Positions 42,001 to 55,451 of a DNA stretch of 64,000 nt are shown in pieces. Source of the DNA: Balanoglossus misakiensis (taxonomy: Eukaryota; Animalia; Hemichordata). Position 1 is the first letter of the stretch, and every line of letters begins with the position of its first letter. The stretch spans positions 2,731,462-2,795,461 of the forward strand of contig CM082592.2 of NCBI GenBank assembly GCA_040954595.2. Direction: 5' to 3'. The notes below the pieces were generated by a model that ran no database searches, was not told the origin of the DNA, and saw only the letters and a list, made by a program, of their open reading frames with translations. Position numbers and translations under genes: made by a program.

Positions 42001-45000
42001 AGATGGAGCAGGCAGGAGACAACAAGCTTAAATGCTAACACTGTGAAATCTAAGTCTGTCTCTACCTAATTTAGGAAAGCAATTCTCTCTATATATACTT
42101 TAGGCTTCTAGGCCTGTTAGTTTCAGACTACACACTTAGCAAAATTCTAACAATGGATGTTTTTCCCGGTATTGAGGCAATTAAATACTCTGATGGATTT
42201 TCATAACCAAAGTTTGTTTGACATTCAGTACTGTCTTTGGTTTGAGTAAGGCTTACAGGCACTAAGTTAGGGAGGCAGCTGTTCTGGTGTGTTTATTATC
42301 ACTGAGTTGGGGAGGTTAATGGTTGGTGATGTGGGTTTAGCTCTTGTGGGGAAACCTGGTGTACTTATCATGGGGGTTCGAAGTTGGGTTGATCAATGGC
42401 GCCAATTTTAGTTGGTGCTTGATTTTGATGTAACCATTGAGATGGGAATTGAGAGCTTTGAAATTACCATGGCAACCAACACTAAGATTGGGCGGCGCCT
42501 ACTGTTGGGCAAGTGTTGGAATTTGAATATGACTGTGCTGGGTTGACTCAGGTGTGTGGCTCAGATCAAAAGTGGACTGCGAAAATTCACAAGAGGGTGG
42601 TAGAATTGACATGGGAGGGAGGGGGGGGGAAGCAAACGAGGTGGGAGGGGGTATTCCTTTTTTTGAAGAAAATAGTAGTGATTGGGGAAAGTAGATTGGC
42701 TGGATGTATCGGCCATCTATGGACACTAATCAATACTCCTAGATTCTGTTAGGTTTGTGTCAAATTGTAAAGTTACTGTGTTTATACATGTTGGATGAAT
42801 TGTCAATACAGTGTTACTCAGACCACCCCCAATAATCCTTTACAATAAACTAAGTTTGTTGTGAAACTTTCACTTTAAATTTGAAAATTGTTTTTGGCTA
42901 AAGAATTCACAATTTAGGATGTCGAATTGTCTGGGCAGCAAGAATTGCAATTTCGACTTGGGTTCTTGGTGTACATACGAGAAGCAGGACTGTTGGTGTC
43001 CCTTTTTCTGAACTGATACACGTGAACATAATTATGAAATGCAACACGCGCTCGCAAAATATCACACCAGATGACCACGCTTCCAATCTGAAAGTCCATC
43101 ACATGAACTTCACAACTATAAAACTCCCTTTTTTGATTTTTGTCATATTGTGAACGCATTCAGGAAGACTCTTGATGGACACAAATTGACCCTTGAAAGT
43201 GAAAGAGTTCAAACGCAGGAAAAGTGCATTTAACTCCAGGATAGGCAAGGCACTGCCATGGAAAGCCCTCACTTCAGGATATCTTCATGCATGCAAATCT
43301 CATTTTGGAATACCGCACACACCATTATCGTAATGACTATCTTATGCAAAAAAAACTCTTCAGCAACCACCATGTGTCACTTCACATTTGTATCAAAAAA
43401 CCTCTCTCCTGCAGCCATGGTTCTATACAGTTTCTATAAAAAAAATAAAACTCAACATTTTCAGGTCAAATAATACACACCCCTCCTGTGATAACATAAT
43501 TGTATACTACGCACATGAAAAAGAAGAAATTAAATATTTGATCAAAAAAGTATTCAAGAGTAAATGGTGCGTCTGCTTGCTGGGAAAACATACAGAATTG
43601 CGGGCTGCATGAAAAGGCATTTATATTGCAAAGTATTAAAGGAAAAGTTGTTTTCTTTCCCAATAGTTCCATTATAATGGAATGATGTTAGTTTCCTTTT
43701 GACATGCATGGATACACAGTAGGACCTGGAGATAAAAATGTGGAACACTTTTTATTGTCTTTGTTTCCAAATGAATTTCCACGCACGGTGCCTTTGATGA
43801 GGCTATGCTGTGGAGTGAAGTGGCTTGCCAAAGAATACAGTCGCATACAACATTCTCTTTTCACCACAGATTTCTGGTTATGCGCCAACAAGAAGCAAAA
43901 TTGAAGTACATTATAAAGCAATCTACATTTTTGTTATCGTGGCAGGGATCCACGCTGTCACTATTGCACTACGTTTTTCATCATTGTATAAAAAAAATAT
44001 TCAGTCTTATATATGGATGATCTATTGTTTGCAGTAAAAACAGCGATGCAATTGAGTTTGTCGTTTTCAATGTGTCACTGCAATGCATAGAATTACAGCT
44101 TTTGATGAGCTGAATGGAACAATAACTGTTTGGTCGAATCACAACTGCTTTGAACGCTTCATAAATGGGTCTTTTCTGATCTGCCAATTTTGCATTCTGG
44201 GAGAGATCTTGTGTTCTGATTTTCTCAATTGGTATTCATCTTATTTGGAGGGAAAAACATCCAACTAAAGAGATTTCAGAGCAGTCTGTTTTGCGCTGTA
44301 AAAACATGTCCACGACAGGGCGATAACACCGCAAACTTTCCAAAATGAATTTCACAGTATTGTTTGTCACAAGTGAAAACACCCCAGAGCTGGGTTTAAA
44401 GGAATTTTTTTTTCCATAATCCTATGATTGGTAAAGTTTAAGAGGGAACAGTTGACTGCACACAGGAAAGTTGGTCGGAACCCATGGCTATTTTCATTTA
44501 ACTACTTTTGGATTTAGTTCAAACATGTGTTATATTAGTAGCAGTATGTGATTGAGGCATGCAATGAAATGACGTCAGAGCTGTGGAATGTACACTCACT
44601 ACCACTCCATCTAATACAAAATCACAGTAGGGGCTTTTCCACTACCACCTTCATTTCAGAAATATCATTTTTATATCAAGATCATTTTATAGACATTTCA
44701 TTTATGCATGTACACGTGCTCACATATACAGCGATGCATTATGTATCTGAAATACAGGGCCTGCAAAAGTGCTCTGTTTGGTTGCAAATTTTCAATTTTA
44801 AAAGATGAAATAATCTTTACGTCCATGCATTAGTGTGAGTGAAAACACAGTGAAGACACAAAAAATCTGGACGTCGACTGATATGGAACTATCAGAATTA
44901 AGAGGCTGTGTTTTAAGGTCACAGTTTGGAAATGAGGAGGGTCTGGGAAGAGCTGCATATCAAGAGTAAACAAGTCACAAACACCAGCTTCAACAAACAG

Positions 45001-48000
45001 CGGCCAGTGCAAACACAGATGTCTGTGAGAACAGTTGAAATGGAGGGGCCCCTGAGAGTGTGAGAGACCACTGGCGGGTCATCATAAACGCCCTTTCCAG
45101 AGGCAATGGACAGCTATAGTCTTACAATTCTTCCAGGTCACAAAATATACTGTGTGTAGAATGTGACAGAGCGATCATATGGGAGAGGTCTTTGACATTC
45201 CAGAACTGGGAAAAGCAGAGGAAATGGCTGAGGTTGATAGGTCACAATACTGTCACACGATACTCTCAACAGATGTAAACTCAACCCACAACCAAATAAC
45301 TACCAAAGGTTAGCATTTTAAGTAATGTTGTTGAATCATCCAAGCCAGAACAATAAACCCCAGTCTGAACCAGAGAATTGATGCGTGTAAACAATACATG
45401 TAGTGTGATTTTCAGAAAGGATGATAAACTTTTCACGCCTCTAAAATTATTTCAGTCATTTCTTTATTACATGTCGAATGCAACTGAAAAATCATTTTGT
45501 GGAAGTCTGAGAGACCTCCTGCCTGACAAAACCGCGATAAATTCAAGTAAAAATTATTAAAAGTTAGCAAAATGTGAATAATTTACAATTTATGATAATC
45601 ATCTATGCAATACAAGTCGTTTGTGGTGTTCAAACCATTTATGATGTCATTATGATTCTGAGCAATGAGGATAAAATTTTGTTGGATTCAGTCCTTTCAT
45701 GTAAATGTTCTTTAGCAAAACAAATTGCCACTTACCCTTAATTATGGGGAAAACAATAGAGACAACTTGTATCGTTATGCAGATTAGCCATAACTACAAA
45801 AAATTTCTGGGACAAGCACCAAAAACGTGAATATATCGACTGGTTCCTAGCTTTCACATGTAACTGTCAACACATTAGATGGAAAGATTTCTACAATGAA
45901 AGACTAGGTCACGTATCTGGGTTGATCTCTAAAAATTTTATAATGAAAGTATTACAGATACTGTCCATGTAAGTCCTGCCTTCAAAATGAGAATTTGACA
46001 ATACTGCGAACAAACAAAAGCGGACAAATGTACTTGGTGGATAACAAAGGCATTCTTCTAGAAGCAACCCGGGTAACCATGGTTGGCTAATCTTTCCAAC
46101 ACTATACTGCTGTGATTTCCAATTTAGGATTTACAGAAGATCTGAGGTGATTTTGGAAATGCACAAAATATACTTCTGAGGGACTGTGCTTTGTCTCATT
46201 TAGCTGTCTTCACACAATCTAACCAACTCAATGCAGCAAGACCTCATGATCTGCATGTATACTGTTACAGACATGCAATAATTATTGCATCATGAATCAA
46301 TGTTACAATATCTCATCTAAATTCACCGTCTATAGTTTGCAAATCTTTGCCATCTGTAGTTTCATCATTTCATATGAGCAAACCACCTCATTTTTGACAA
46401 CGTCAAGAACTAACAATGACGTACGGTGTCCATAAGCAGAAATCAGTACATCATCAAGACAAGACATTCCTAAAATCAAATTGCCAATATTCACATCTCC
46501 ACACATACATGTATGTAACATGCATAATGCTCGCTTTATTAAGTCAGACAACTCGTTGAATAAGGAATGGAGAAATTCTCTTCCCTAACTTCCAAATCAG
46601 ATGAATCTTACGTCAGACAGATTTCAAACTGCTCATCATGAGACCTACATGTATGCAGTGACTTTCCCACCAAATCTTTGCTTTATATCATCAGTGTAAT
46701 CTCCAATATAAATCACAAACAATGCAACTGATGGGCCGTCCCGCTGTTCCACAAGCAGTCTTGCAATTATGAGACTATTTCTTATTCATACATTCATATT
46801 GTTCTAATAGCAGATAATTAATCCGTAAGCTTTTCAAATACCTACACAAATTAAAGTCGCATACAGTCAAACTTCAATTATCAGTCACACACACACACAC
46901 TTCAATCAGTATTTCTCGGTGATGCGATCTGATTTGATTCCAATTAAAATCAATACAACAGTGATTCACAACAATTGACGAACTAATCACTTCTCTATTG
47001 TTACTGACCAGATTAATTTGATGAATCCATCTACGGCCTATCCACACATCAACATCAATTACACAATTCACTCGCCACACATGCACTTGTAAATGAGGTG
47101 AGAATTGGTTGCCATGCCGGCCCATAAAAAAAACCTCTCTCATACACCATTTGGCCGTGTTATGGGGAAATGTTGTCTTCTGCTATGCAAGTGACACCCA
47201 CGTAAATCCTTACACACTGTCATCTCGAGAGATTTTCAGAATTTGACATCGATAATGTCAACAAGAGGCAGTCCTTGTTGGACTTGTTCATTTTCATACA
47301 TATTGACTAGCGTTCTGAAAATTATATCCAATTTATGGCTGTGACAGAGCATGCCATGACAGATGACCGATAAAATATCGAAACTTACACATGACGGTTT
47401 CTTTCAACAGACCGATATGCCGCACTGAAATAATCAAGCCTAACATTTATTATTTAAGACTCGAATCCATGAAAATGTTCAACTTTCCGTTTTGTGGACC
47501 AATTGTGATAATCGAAGACTGCGATATAATGACATTGTCAATGTAATATGACACATAGGCATGCAACGACTAGCATGTATTTTTGAAGGGTCAGATTGCA
47601 GCCTCAGGAACTAAACCTCCTCACTGCATCAATTATATATAGACTGACATTATATAAGCTGACATCTCTTTGCTATGCAATTTTTCTTTCAGATCTAGGT
47701 GTGACATTGTCTATTTCAGAGCTGTCTTAAATAATCACCTCACTTATTTTTTACAACACGCATTGACTGTGTGCTGATGTTTCATGTTCGCGAAAAAAAC
47801 ATTGGAAGTCTAACATAACAAAAATTAACACATTTTTACCAGAATTTGGGAAATTTCCAGTAGTGTACCAAATATTTCGACAGCATTGTTAATCATTCTT
47901 AAAGAAAATATCTACTGAATGGGACTTTCGTTCCTTCTAAAACCAATTTTATCAATTTATTCAAATCTTTCTTTCTAATGTACGCTACTGATCACTGCTA

Positions 48001-48902
48001 TTCTTGCAGCAAATTCAATGAAACCAAAGCTAAGCCCGGCATATCAGCTTTTCAGCAGAGTGTTTCTGAGTACCACATCCAAAATATATCAAGTTAAATC
48101 AACATTAATTAAATGTTATCAATATTTATCAATTGTCCAATTCATAATTACAAACAAATAAAGTTATGATGGCGTCGTTTTAATAAATCTTTGATAAATA
48201 CACGTGATATCATTGTGGTATGGACTGCCACTGGTCTGTTTACTTTGCATTGATTAATGTTAATTTCCAAGAACCCTTCAAAATATTCTCGGAAATCTCG
48301 GCTTTGTAAGCTACCTGTTTTACAAAAATTCCACACGTGTTAAAGAACTCATCTATAGATTGAAGTTCATTAATTTTCATATATTGTTAACTACTTGAAA
48401 TGAATTTTTAATTTTCCTTTCATTCATTTTAACAGAAATCAAGATAAACGTGTAAACAAACAAACCAACATCATTGTGGCCACGTCACTGGCTTCAAGCA
48501 AATCCTTCTGGTTACTGTATCTGACTGCAAAATTGTCGATAATTATACTGGTACTAAAATTGCCAAGTACAGATGAATATGGTTGTAACTGACATATATC
48601 ACAAAGCGTCAAGCCATTGTATACTATATCCAATTTCAATGAAAGCCCACATAACTTCTTCCATCTACGGACTAATTTGTTCGCTAATTACATTAATTTG
48701 TAACAAATTCTTCGGTCACGGTTCAGTTGCGGGCTTCAACCAACTTTGCTAATAACGGGCACCAGAGTCTTTTTTACATTCATTCAGCTCCAAAAGATTT
48801 CCGACACAATGGAAATAGATTTATACACGGGATCACTTTTTTGTCAAAGTGCCAAGATGCATTTGAATAAAATAGGCTCATTTGGTTTCTTCGTGTTGAT
48901 CG

Positions 48903-48915
48903 GTTGCTAGGCAAC
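48903..48915. promoter_or_regulatory. RFX X-box (GTTGCTAGGCAAC) in intron 6
   Basis: Perfect EF-C/RFX-type palindrome about 700 bp downstream of exon 6. Confidence 0.55.
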
Positions 48916-49610
48916 ACCCTGTGCCCTGAGAAGTACTAAGGAATGTCTATTGATGCCCATGTTAATGTGTAGTGCATCTACAAACAAGTCTTTCATGTCA
49001 AAATCAGCATGAGATGGCCACAATGGCATGGTTCCTACAATTACAGAGAGGCAGAAACTCAAAATCTCATTAAAAATTGAACAAACGGAAAAAACCTGGA
49101 GCCGTCCAATTGGTTTTACCTCACATTGTCATTATCCAAGATGGAGCTGGTTGCCCCGATTATCACATGACATTCTTGATTAGCATACATGTGGTCATGT
49201 TAGAGGTCAACTATTGGCACCGTCTGAGTCGGTCAAGACTTGGCACTGGACAACCTCTATGTGACAGTCTGATATTCAAATTATCGAAGACTCAACACAT
49301 TCTTGTGTCAGAAATCTTTCCAATATCAATACAGCAAACCTCTTTACACAAAACCACATTCTGATTGCCTTAATAATACCGCGTGGGGTTTTAATTGGAC
49401 AATATCAGTATTGATGAAGAAACCTACCATGGATGAGAATAGAAAGTATATTAAACACTTATTATAGGACATGTAAGCGATACATGACCTATAGTGAATT
49501 CAAGTCTTGACAGTCCACACTGTAGTTCACGGCTATGGTGAATGGTATTTGATGTGTGCAGTATAAGGGATTATGTGCTGGACCCACTTTAAGATGTGTC
49601 AGTATCTCAC

Positions 49611-49703
49611 CTTGCCATAACTGCTAAAATACTTCTGAATATCATCAGCTGTTGTGTTGGTCGATAGTCCCCCAACGAATATCTTCTTAGTCCTTGTCAC
49701 CAT
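49611..49703 (-). CDS. msi: musashi exon 6 ([31 protein letters not shown]; RRM2 RNP2)
   Basis: tttacag|ATGGTGACA...GGCAAG|gtgag; 93 nt; [14 protein letters not shown] matches the vertebrate Msi sequence. Confidence 0.97.
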
Positions 49704-50720
49704 CTGTAAAGGTCAAACAAAAACTTGTTTGAATTTTCAATAAATTTTAAACAAAAACCCCATATGACACTGTTGACATTGATTAATTATTCACTTGATA
49801 GGACCAAGTTGGCAATAATTAAGAAGTGCTATAATGAGGTCAGAATAATAATACCAATTCATTTGTAGTCTATCAGCTATTTTTGTCAGTGACACCCCAT
49901 AAGTGTATAGCAGTGGTGTCTGTACACTTGCTATAATTACAAACAGTCCAGTCGAGAGCCCAGAAATGTGGCTGGCTCAGCTATAAACTTTCAATAAAAA
50001 CAGTGAACTTTGGATCCATTATAGCCGTGATTATACGATATTTAGAGCTAACAGCAACCTTGATTTGGTTTATTATATTTTAATGAAAAAATTTAGTCTT
50101 TGTGAGGCCTTTCTCGTGGTTATGCAACCTCCAAATATGACAGGGATTGTGTTTTCCTCTGCCAAGACAATAGACTGTCACCACTCTACTGCATATGGTC
50201 CCTGACCAGTAGAAATGCCTCATACGCTACCATTAACAGCTGTTCAGCACTGACCATACACATGTGATTACAAACATCAAAGTCAATGATTGACATTCTA
50301 AAATTATCATTATTGTGATTTGTGTGGGTTATATGAAGGCCTGGGCATATTTAATTCAGATTAGCACGATATTAATTCCTATATCCAAAGACAAAATATG
50401 GTCACTCACACAATGTATGGTTTAATTCCAACACTAGTATGTACCTATGCTTTGTGTGTGAAACAATGCATCGGGCGACCTAGCATAAGATTAGACCTGC
50501 ACCAATGCATTGTTTGTTATTTTAGGCATTAGCTTTTTTAAAAATGTGTCCTATACAGTTTCAGACTTATACAAAACCACACATGAATTTTGAAAATGGT
50601 CATTGTATACTGTAAATAAGACTGCATGAAAGAAGAAGTAAATAGGTCTCAAGACAAAAATCCTCAAAGGAATAAAGAACACTACAGTAGACTGAGAAAG
50701 CATTTTGAAAGTTTTCATAC

Positions 50721-50762
50721 CTTGGGTTGCGACCTTTTAGGAAAAGCCACCTTAGGGTCGAT
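50721..50762 (-). CDS. msi: musashi exon 5 (IDPKVAFPKRSQPK)
   Basis: ctgacag|ATCGACCCT...CCCAAG|gtatg; 42 nt; the IDPKVAFP motif is diagnostic of the Musashi family. Confidence 0.97.
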
Positions 50763-51450
50763 CTGTCAGATAAAGAAGAGAGATAAACATGATTTCATTT
50801 TATTGACCAACACACTAGACTGTCAGTGGGCAGTGATACAAGCAAGGTCATAAAAAACATCAATTAACACAACTCAGTGTAGCAACTAATTGATACAATG
50901 TTGCATAGAGATTTCCATTTGGTGCTAATGTCACACATGGCGATATGCTCTACTGCCATCTTTGCATGTTTTTTGCTTTTTCAACTACGAGCGAGACTTA
51001 AGCTGCGCCTGCAGTGTGTGACGACAGCACACATACCGACACACACACAGCTTTTGTGTTGTGTGATGACGGGTTGAACAGCCCCAGCAAAAGCAGCATG
51101 TGATGCCAAACAACCAATGCACACAGGCACATCGCGGGCCTAATCCAAACACAACACGCAAACGCTAATCCCACACAGCCTCTTAACTGCCTCGACCATA
51201 CTTTAAATAAAATGGCCGTCTGGTTTGTTTGAACCGTGCAGCACACCACACACACAAAAAACACAGCCTTATAAAGTGCGATCAGTTGTGAACGGCGGCA
51301 CTGTCGGCCTTGCTGCTGGGGCCTTTTAAGGTTTCAGAGCATGCCCCTGTTTGTTATTCACCGCTGTGTATTTTCCCCGTGACCTGTGCAGTACGCAGTC
51401 ATCGGGCCAATGCGACCCACAATACAGGCAGAAAATACAGAAACACTGAC

Positions 51451-51535
51451 CTTCTTTTGATCTAACTCATGAGTATGCTGCGCTAACACCTTATCTACGC
51501 TGGCGGGGTCTCTGAATGTTATAAAGCCAAAGCCT
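51451..51535 (-). CDS. msi: musashi exon 4 ([28 protein letters not shown]; RRM1 RNP1)
   Basis: (ct)n-ccacag| ... AAGAAG|gtcagt; 85 nt; contains the RNP1 motif RGFGFITF. Confidence 0.97.
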
Positions 51536-51872
51536 CTGTGGAGAGAGAGAGAAGAGAGATATACGTGGGATGAGGAGGAAGGCCTTGTCGAAGCCTGAAC
51601 GTAATGGGTTCAAAAAAACGATACAGTGTTACAACTTGGACATAACGACTATTGTGATATGGACGATGGGGGTTAATCACAGAAATACAGCACCAGCAGT
51701 GCGGATTTGTTTACCATTGCGTATAGAGGCACAAGACAGTTCAATGTTGAGTACAAATACGAAACATCTCGACGAGGATACAGTACGTGTCTATAATAGT
51801 ACGACCGTTCTCAGCAAAAAAAAAACACACACACGCAAAGATCGGGAACGCCACCGATTCAGCACTACTCAC

Positions 51873-51954
51873 CTAGAACGCCTTGTGGCTTGGTCTCGCA
51901 TAACCATACATTCAGTTACCTCGCCAAACTTACTAAAATGGTCTCTAAGGCCAT
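51873..51954 (-). CDS. msi: musashi exon 3 ([28 protein letters not shown])
   Basis: Pyrimidine tract, then tctag| ... TCTAG|gtgagt; 82 nt; partly visible in ORF 51869..52069. Confidence 0.97.
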
Positions 51955-52117
51955 CTAGATGAGAAAGAGAAAACGGGTTTGAGGTCATGAGTTGGGGACA
52001 CAGCGTGGCCACATACATAAACACAACGCACCATGAATTATATATATAGCTGGGAACTTGGTACTTCACAACTTAAAATGCTATATGCATATATAAATGG
52101 TGGTGACATAAACCTAC

Positions 52118-52158
52118 CTGGTGATGTCTGCCAGCTTAAACCTCCTATAAACATTTTC
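52118..52158 (-). CDS. msi: musashi exon 2 (KMFIGGLSWQTSP; RRM1 RNP2)
   Basis: tttacag|GAAAATGTTTATAGGAGGTTTAAGCTGGCAGACATCACCAG|gtagg; 41 nt, in phase with exons 1 and 3. Confidence 0.97.
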
Positions 52159-52362
52159 CTGTAAATGGAAGAATAGACAAGGGTTAGGCAACGCCATCTT
52201 TACAACAGAAACACGCCATTCAGAGGCTTAACTTGCATCCATGCACTGCTACGCTCCACCGTTAATCGGCCCCCATGATCGGCCATACTTCGCTAACGTC
52301 GTCCGTCACACTTTCGGTGTTGATGAGCCCTGATTCTGTTCAGATACAGATTTCGCGCTTAC

Positions 52363-52430
52363 CCTGGGTCATTTGGGATGTCGTTTGTCGTTCCTGAGCA
52401 TGAGGAGGTTTGCTGGCTTTCGGCCTCCAT
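52363..52430 (-). CDS. msi: musashi coding exon 1 (MEAESQQTSSCSGTTNDIPNDP-G)
   Basis: ATG at 52430-52428 in an AAAATGG context; 68 nt ending GACCCAGG|gtaag; the ..NDPG junction matches the HDPG/K start of Musashi RRM1. Confidence 0.93.
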
Positions 52431-52800
52431 TTTCTACAGCTACTAAAGCCCGCTAAAAAAGAAGGAGTGCAGAGGAGCTAACGGCGACACGTGGGTACGG
52501 CACGGCTTCACTCCGGGATTGGCCCGTCGTGGGTGGGCATTTGGCGCTATTTGGTAAAGGCGCGAACCATTAGTGATTGACAGATGAGTCGCAGCTGCTG
52601 ATTGGCCCGCGCTAGGTTGCCCGGCAACAGGGATCAATTACTGTGACGTCATCAAACCTTCAAATATTTGGCGCTCCTCCCCTCCGCTGTTCATCATTGA
52701 CAGTGTCACCTCCCTCTATCCTTACAGCCCTCAAACAACTTTTGACCAATCACTCGACCAAGTGGTTTGCCGTAAAACACCGCACCACTGTCAATCACAT
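52431..52800 (-). promoter_or_regulatory. musashi 5' leader and proximal promoter (CpG-rich)
   Basis: CCAAT boxes (ATTGG at 52518 and 52601; CCAAT at 52746); E2F-like TTTGGCGC at 52540 and 52667 and GGCGCGAA at 52559; TALE decamer TGATTGACAG at 52574 and its reverse complement at 52788; X-box GTTGCCCGGCAAC at 52616; CRE TGACGTCA at 52644; all immediately upstream of the ATG. Confidence 0.75.
52616..52628. promoter_or_regulatory. RFX X-box (GTTGCCCGGCAAC)
   Basis: Palindromic EF-C/RFX-type site about 190 bp upstream of the msi ATG. Confidence 0.65.
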
Positions 52801-54346
52801 GCAGACCAAACACTCAACGGCTATTATGAACAGTTCGACGAATTATGCACGCGGTACGATCGTCATATTGTCAACACTGTTACACGGTGTTCTATGACCG
52901 CAAACGCAATATTTTGGTACTCTGATGAAATCTATCCGCACATCCAGGTCAAGTTGGTCTGCTTTGCCTCCAGACTTTTGGCTTGAGGTATTTCGCAGAC
53001 ACATATGGCATATTTACGTCATAAACCGGTCCCTGGTTCAGACAAAGGAAAGCATATTTTATTCCCCGTGTTACATTTGTGATGTACATATCAAGATAGG
53101 TAGCGGTTTTAATGGGCTGGCAGTTTTTGAATGTAGTTTCACTAGTGTATTGACTGTAACAGGCTGTGATACAGTAAAATGCATATTATTACAGATAAAA
53201 TGCGGACCAGAAAGCAGGAAATAACACCCCCCCCCCCCCTTGATGTTATCACCAAGGAGGTGGCACGAGCCCCCGTTCACATGACCCGGATTTTTTTCCG
53301 AGCACATTTCCCCTGCACAAGCTATACCTGGTACATGTGTAGGCCAGGCCTACGTGTGTTGTTGAGTATCCCTAGCACGCACAAGCCCAAATTGTTAAAG
53401 TCCGACTAAACGCCGGTCACCAGAGAGTGGCACCTGTCTCTGGAAGGGTTGTCATTTCTGCCGATTGAAGCACGCAGGCATTTGCTGCGGTCAGTCACGG
53501 TGGTGTGACGTGCATCTTTACTGAAAGTGAACAATATATGACCTTCGTTCATGGGTGAAATTGAACAACATTCCAACATATATGTTTGTGCGAATCTAAC
53601 AAGGCTGTGCGTTTCTCAGGGGGTGACCATCATGGCCCCGTGACTGGCAGTCGGGCTGTCCGCTGCTCTCTCCAATGTGTGAAATGTGTTCACGGTTGGA
53701 CAAGTCAGGGAATCTCCTGAAACTGTTTTGAATACAATATAGGCCTACAACCGGTCGACCTTGGAATGTCGGTAAATGAATGCTAAGCAGCAAAGGCGTG
53801 GGGGCACAGGCAACCGTACCCGTACAAAATTGATTGAAACCACAGTCTCACTGTAATCGAAACCAAACGTTATTATCGACCCGGCCAAAAAACAAAACAA
53901 GATTATGGGAGACGCACAACGTTGACAATGACCCATTGACCATCAGATGTACATGTAAATGAGAAGGGGGGGGGGGAGACTGGACTGTGTTATGAAAGCG
54001 ATGAAACCGATCGTTTTTTTGGCACTTTGTTATTCGTGTTGTGCAAGGAAACGTTAGCTCACTCAGATCACCATCTTATACTGTAAATAATAAACCAGTT
54101 GTTTGTTACAGAGAAATTCGCTATGCGAGGGGGTTGATTTTTTGCCCCAGACTGGTCAATGCATTGCCAGCGAATGGCAGGGTTAGGTTACTACCACCAT
54201 TCGAACTTCACTTGACCACAAGGTATGAATCTCTCAGTATGTGACACTCACTTCATGATACGTTGTACCTTGATGACGTCACTCTTAAACTGCTTTCTGA
54301 TTATCTAGGTTCTTTATCAACATCTACGGACATCCGTCAAGTCTAG

Positions 54347-54412
54347 ATTATTATTGTTGTTGTTGTTGTTGTTGTTGTCGTCGTTGATGTTGTTGTTGTT
54401 GTTGTTGTTGCT

Positions 54413-54502
<90 letters not shown>
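54347..54502. repeat. Compound trinucleotide microsatellite (ATT/GTT/GTC/GCT/GAT)n
   Basis: Directly visible; ends in a long pure (GAT)n run. Confidence 0.97.
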
Positions 54503-54504
<2 letters not shown>

Positions 54505-55226
54505 ATTGATATAGAATGAAGCCGAGTGTGATAATTGAGTTACGTATTATAGAAACCCGCTTCAATTTCAATAGAAGCGACTGCGTTGATAACTGACCGT
54601 GGCAGAACTTTCAAAAATGGCGCATTTGCGCGATACAGTACAGGTAAATGTCAGTATCTATAAGGATTGGTCACTTTGATGGAAATTTGGCCAAATCAAT
54701 TACCCAGTAGACTTGTACAAGTTCTGCTAGACTGCCAAGCTATCAAGGTAGATGACAGCTGATCTGATCTGGGTCTAAATATCTCTCACGTTGGAGATTT
54801 GGCTGTCCCGATAACAAATCAAAACAGGAGACTAGACGGAGTCTTGGCGAGAATCTTGTCCTAATCAATATACAGTAAGTATTAGCTGTAAAAATGAGGC
54901 AAATTAAACACAATAAGCATGATGACTCATCCAGGCAGTATCACTGGTCAGAGAAATCCAAACTCTCGTTTATACACAAAGTTCTTTCAACTTTCAAGTC
55001 AAACCAGGTACATGTACTATAAATGTACCCAGCGGCAGCAAAAAAAGATAGGCGAGTACACAGTATGTATTTCAATCTTATGTTTGAACGATAGACTTAA
55101 TATCACTTGTTTTCAACCCAACTTCGCAATTCATTTGTTTTCAACCTCACTCCTCATATCATTTGATTCGATAGGTATTCAAGGTCAAGGTGAATCCAAT
55201 GCGTGCATTAACACACGTGCTAATCA

Positions 55227-55451
<225 letters not shown>

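Larger units (their letters stand above)
1..52430 (-). other. msi: musashi transcription unit, 3'-truncated by the window edge (introns 204, 163, 337, 688, 1017, 27909 and >21652 bp)
   Basis: Exon chain above. The expected next exon (FGFVTFE...HEINNKM) was not found by eye in 1-21652. Confidence 0.88.

Noticed and set aside
51570-51962. 130-aa plus-strand ORF
   Set aside because: It is antisense to msi exon 3 and intron 3 and shows no domain similarity.
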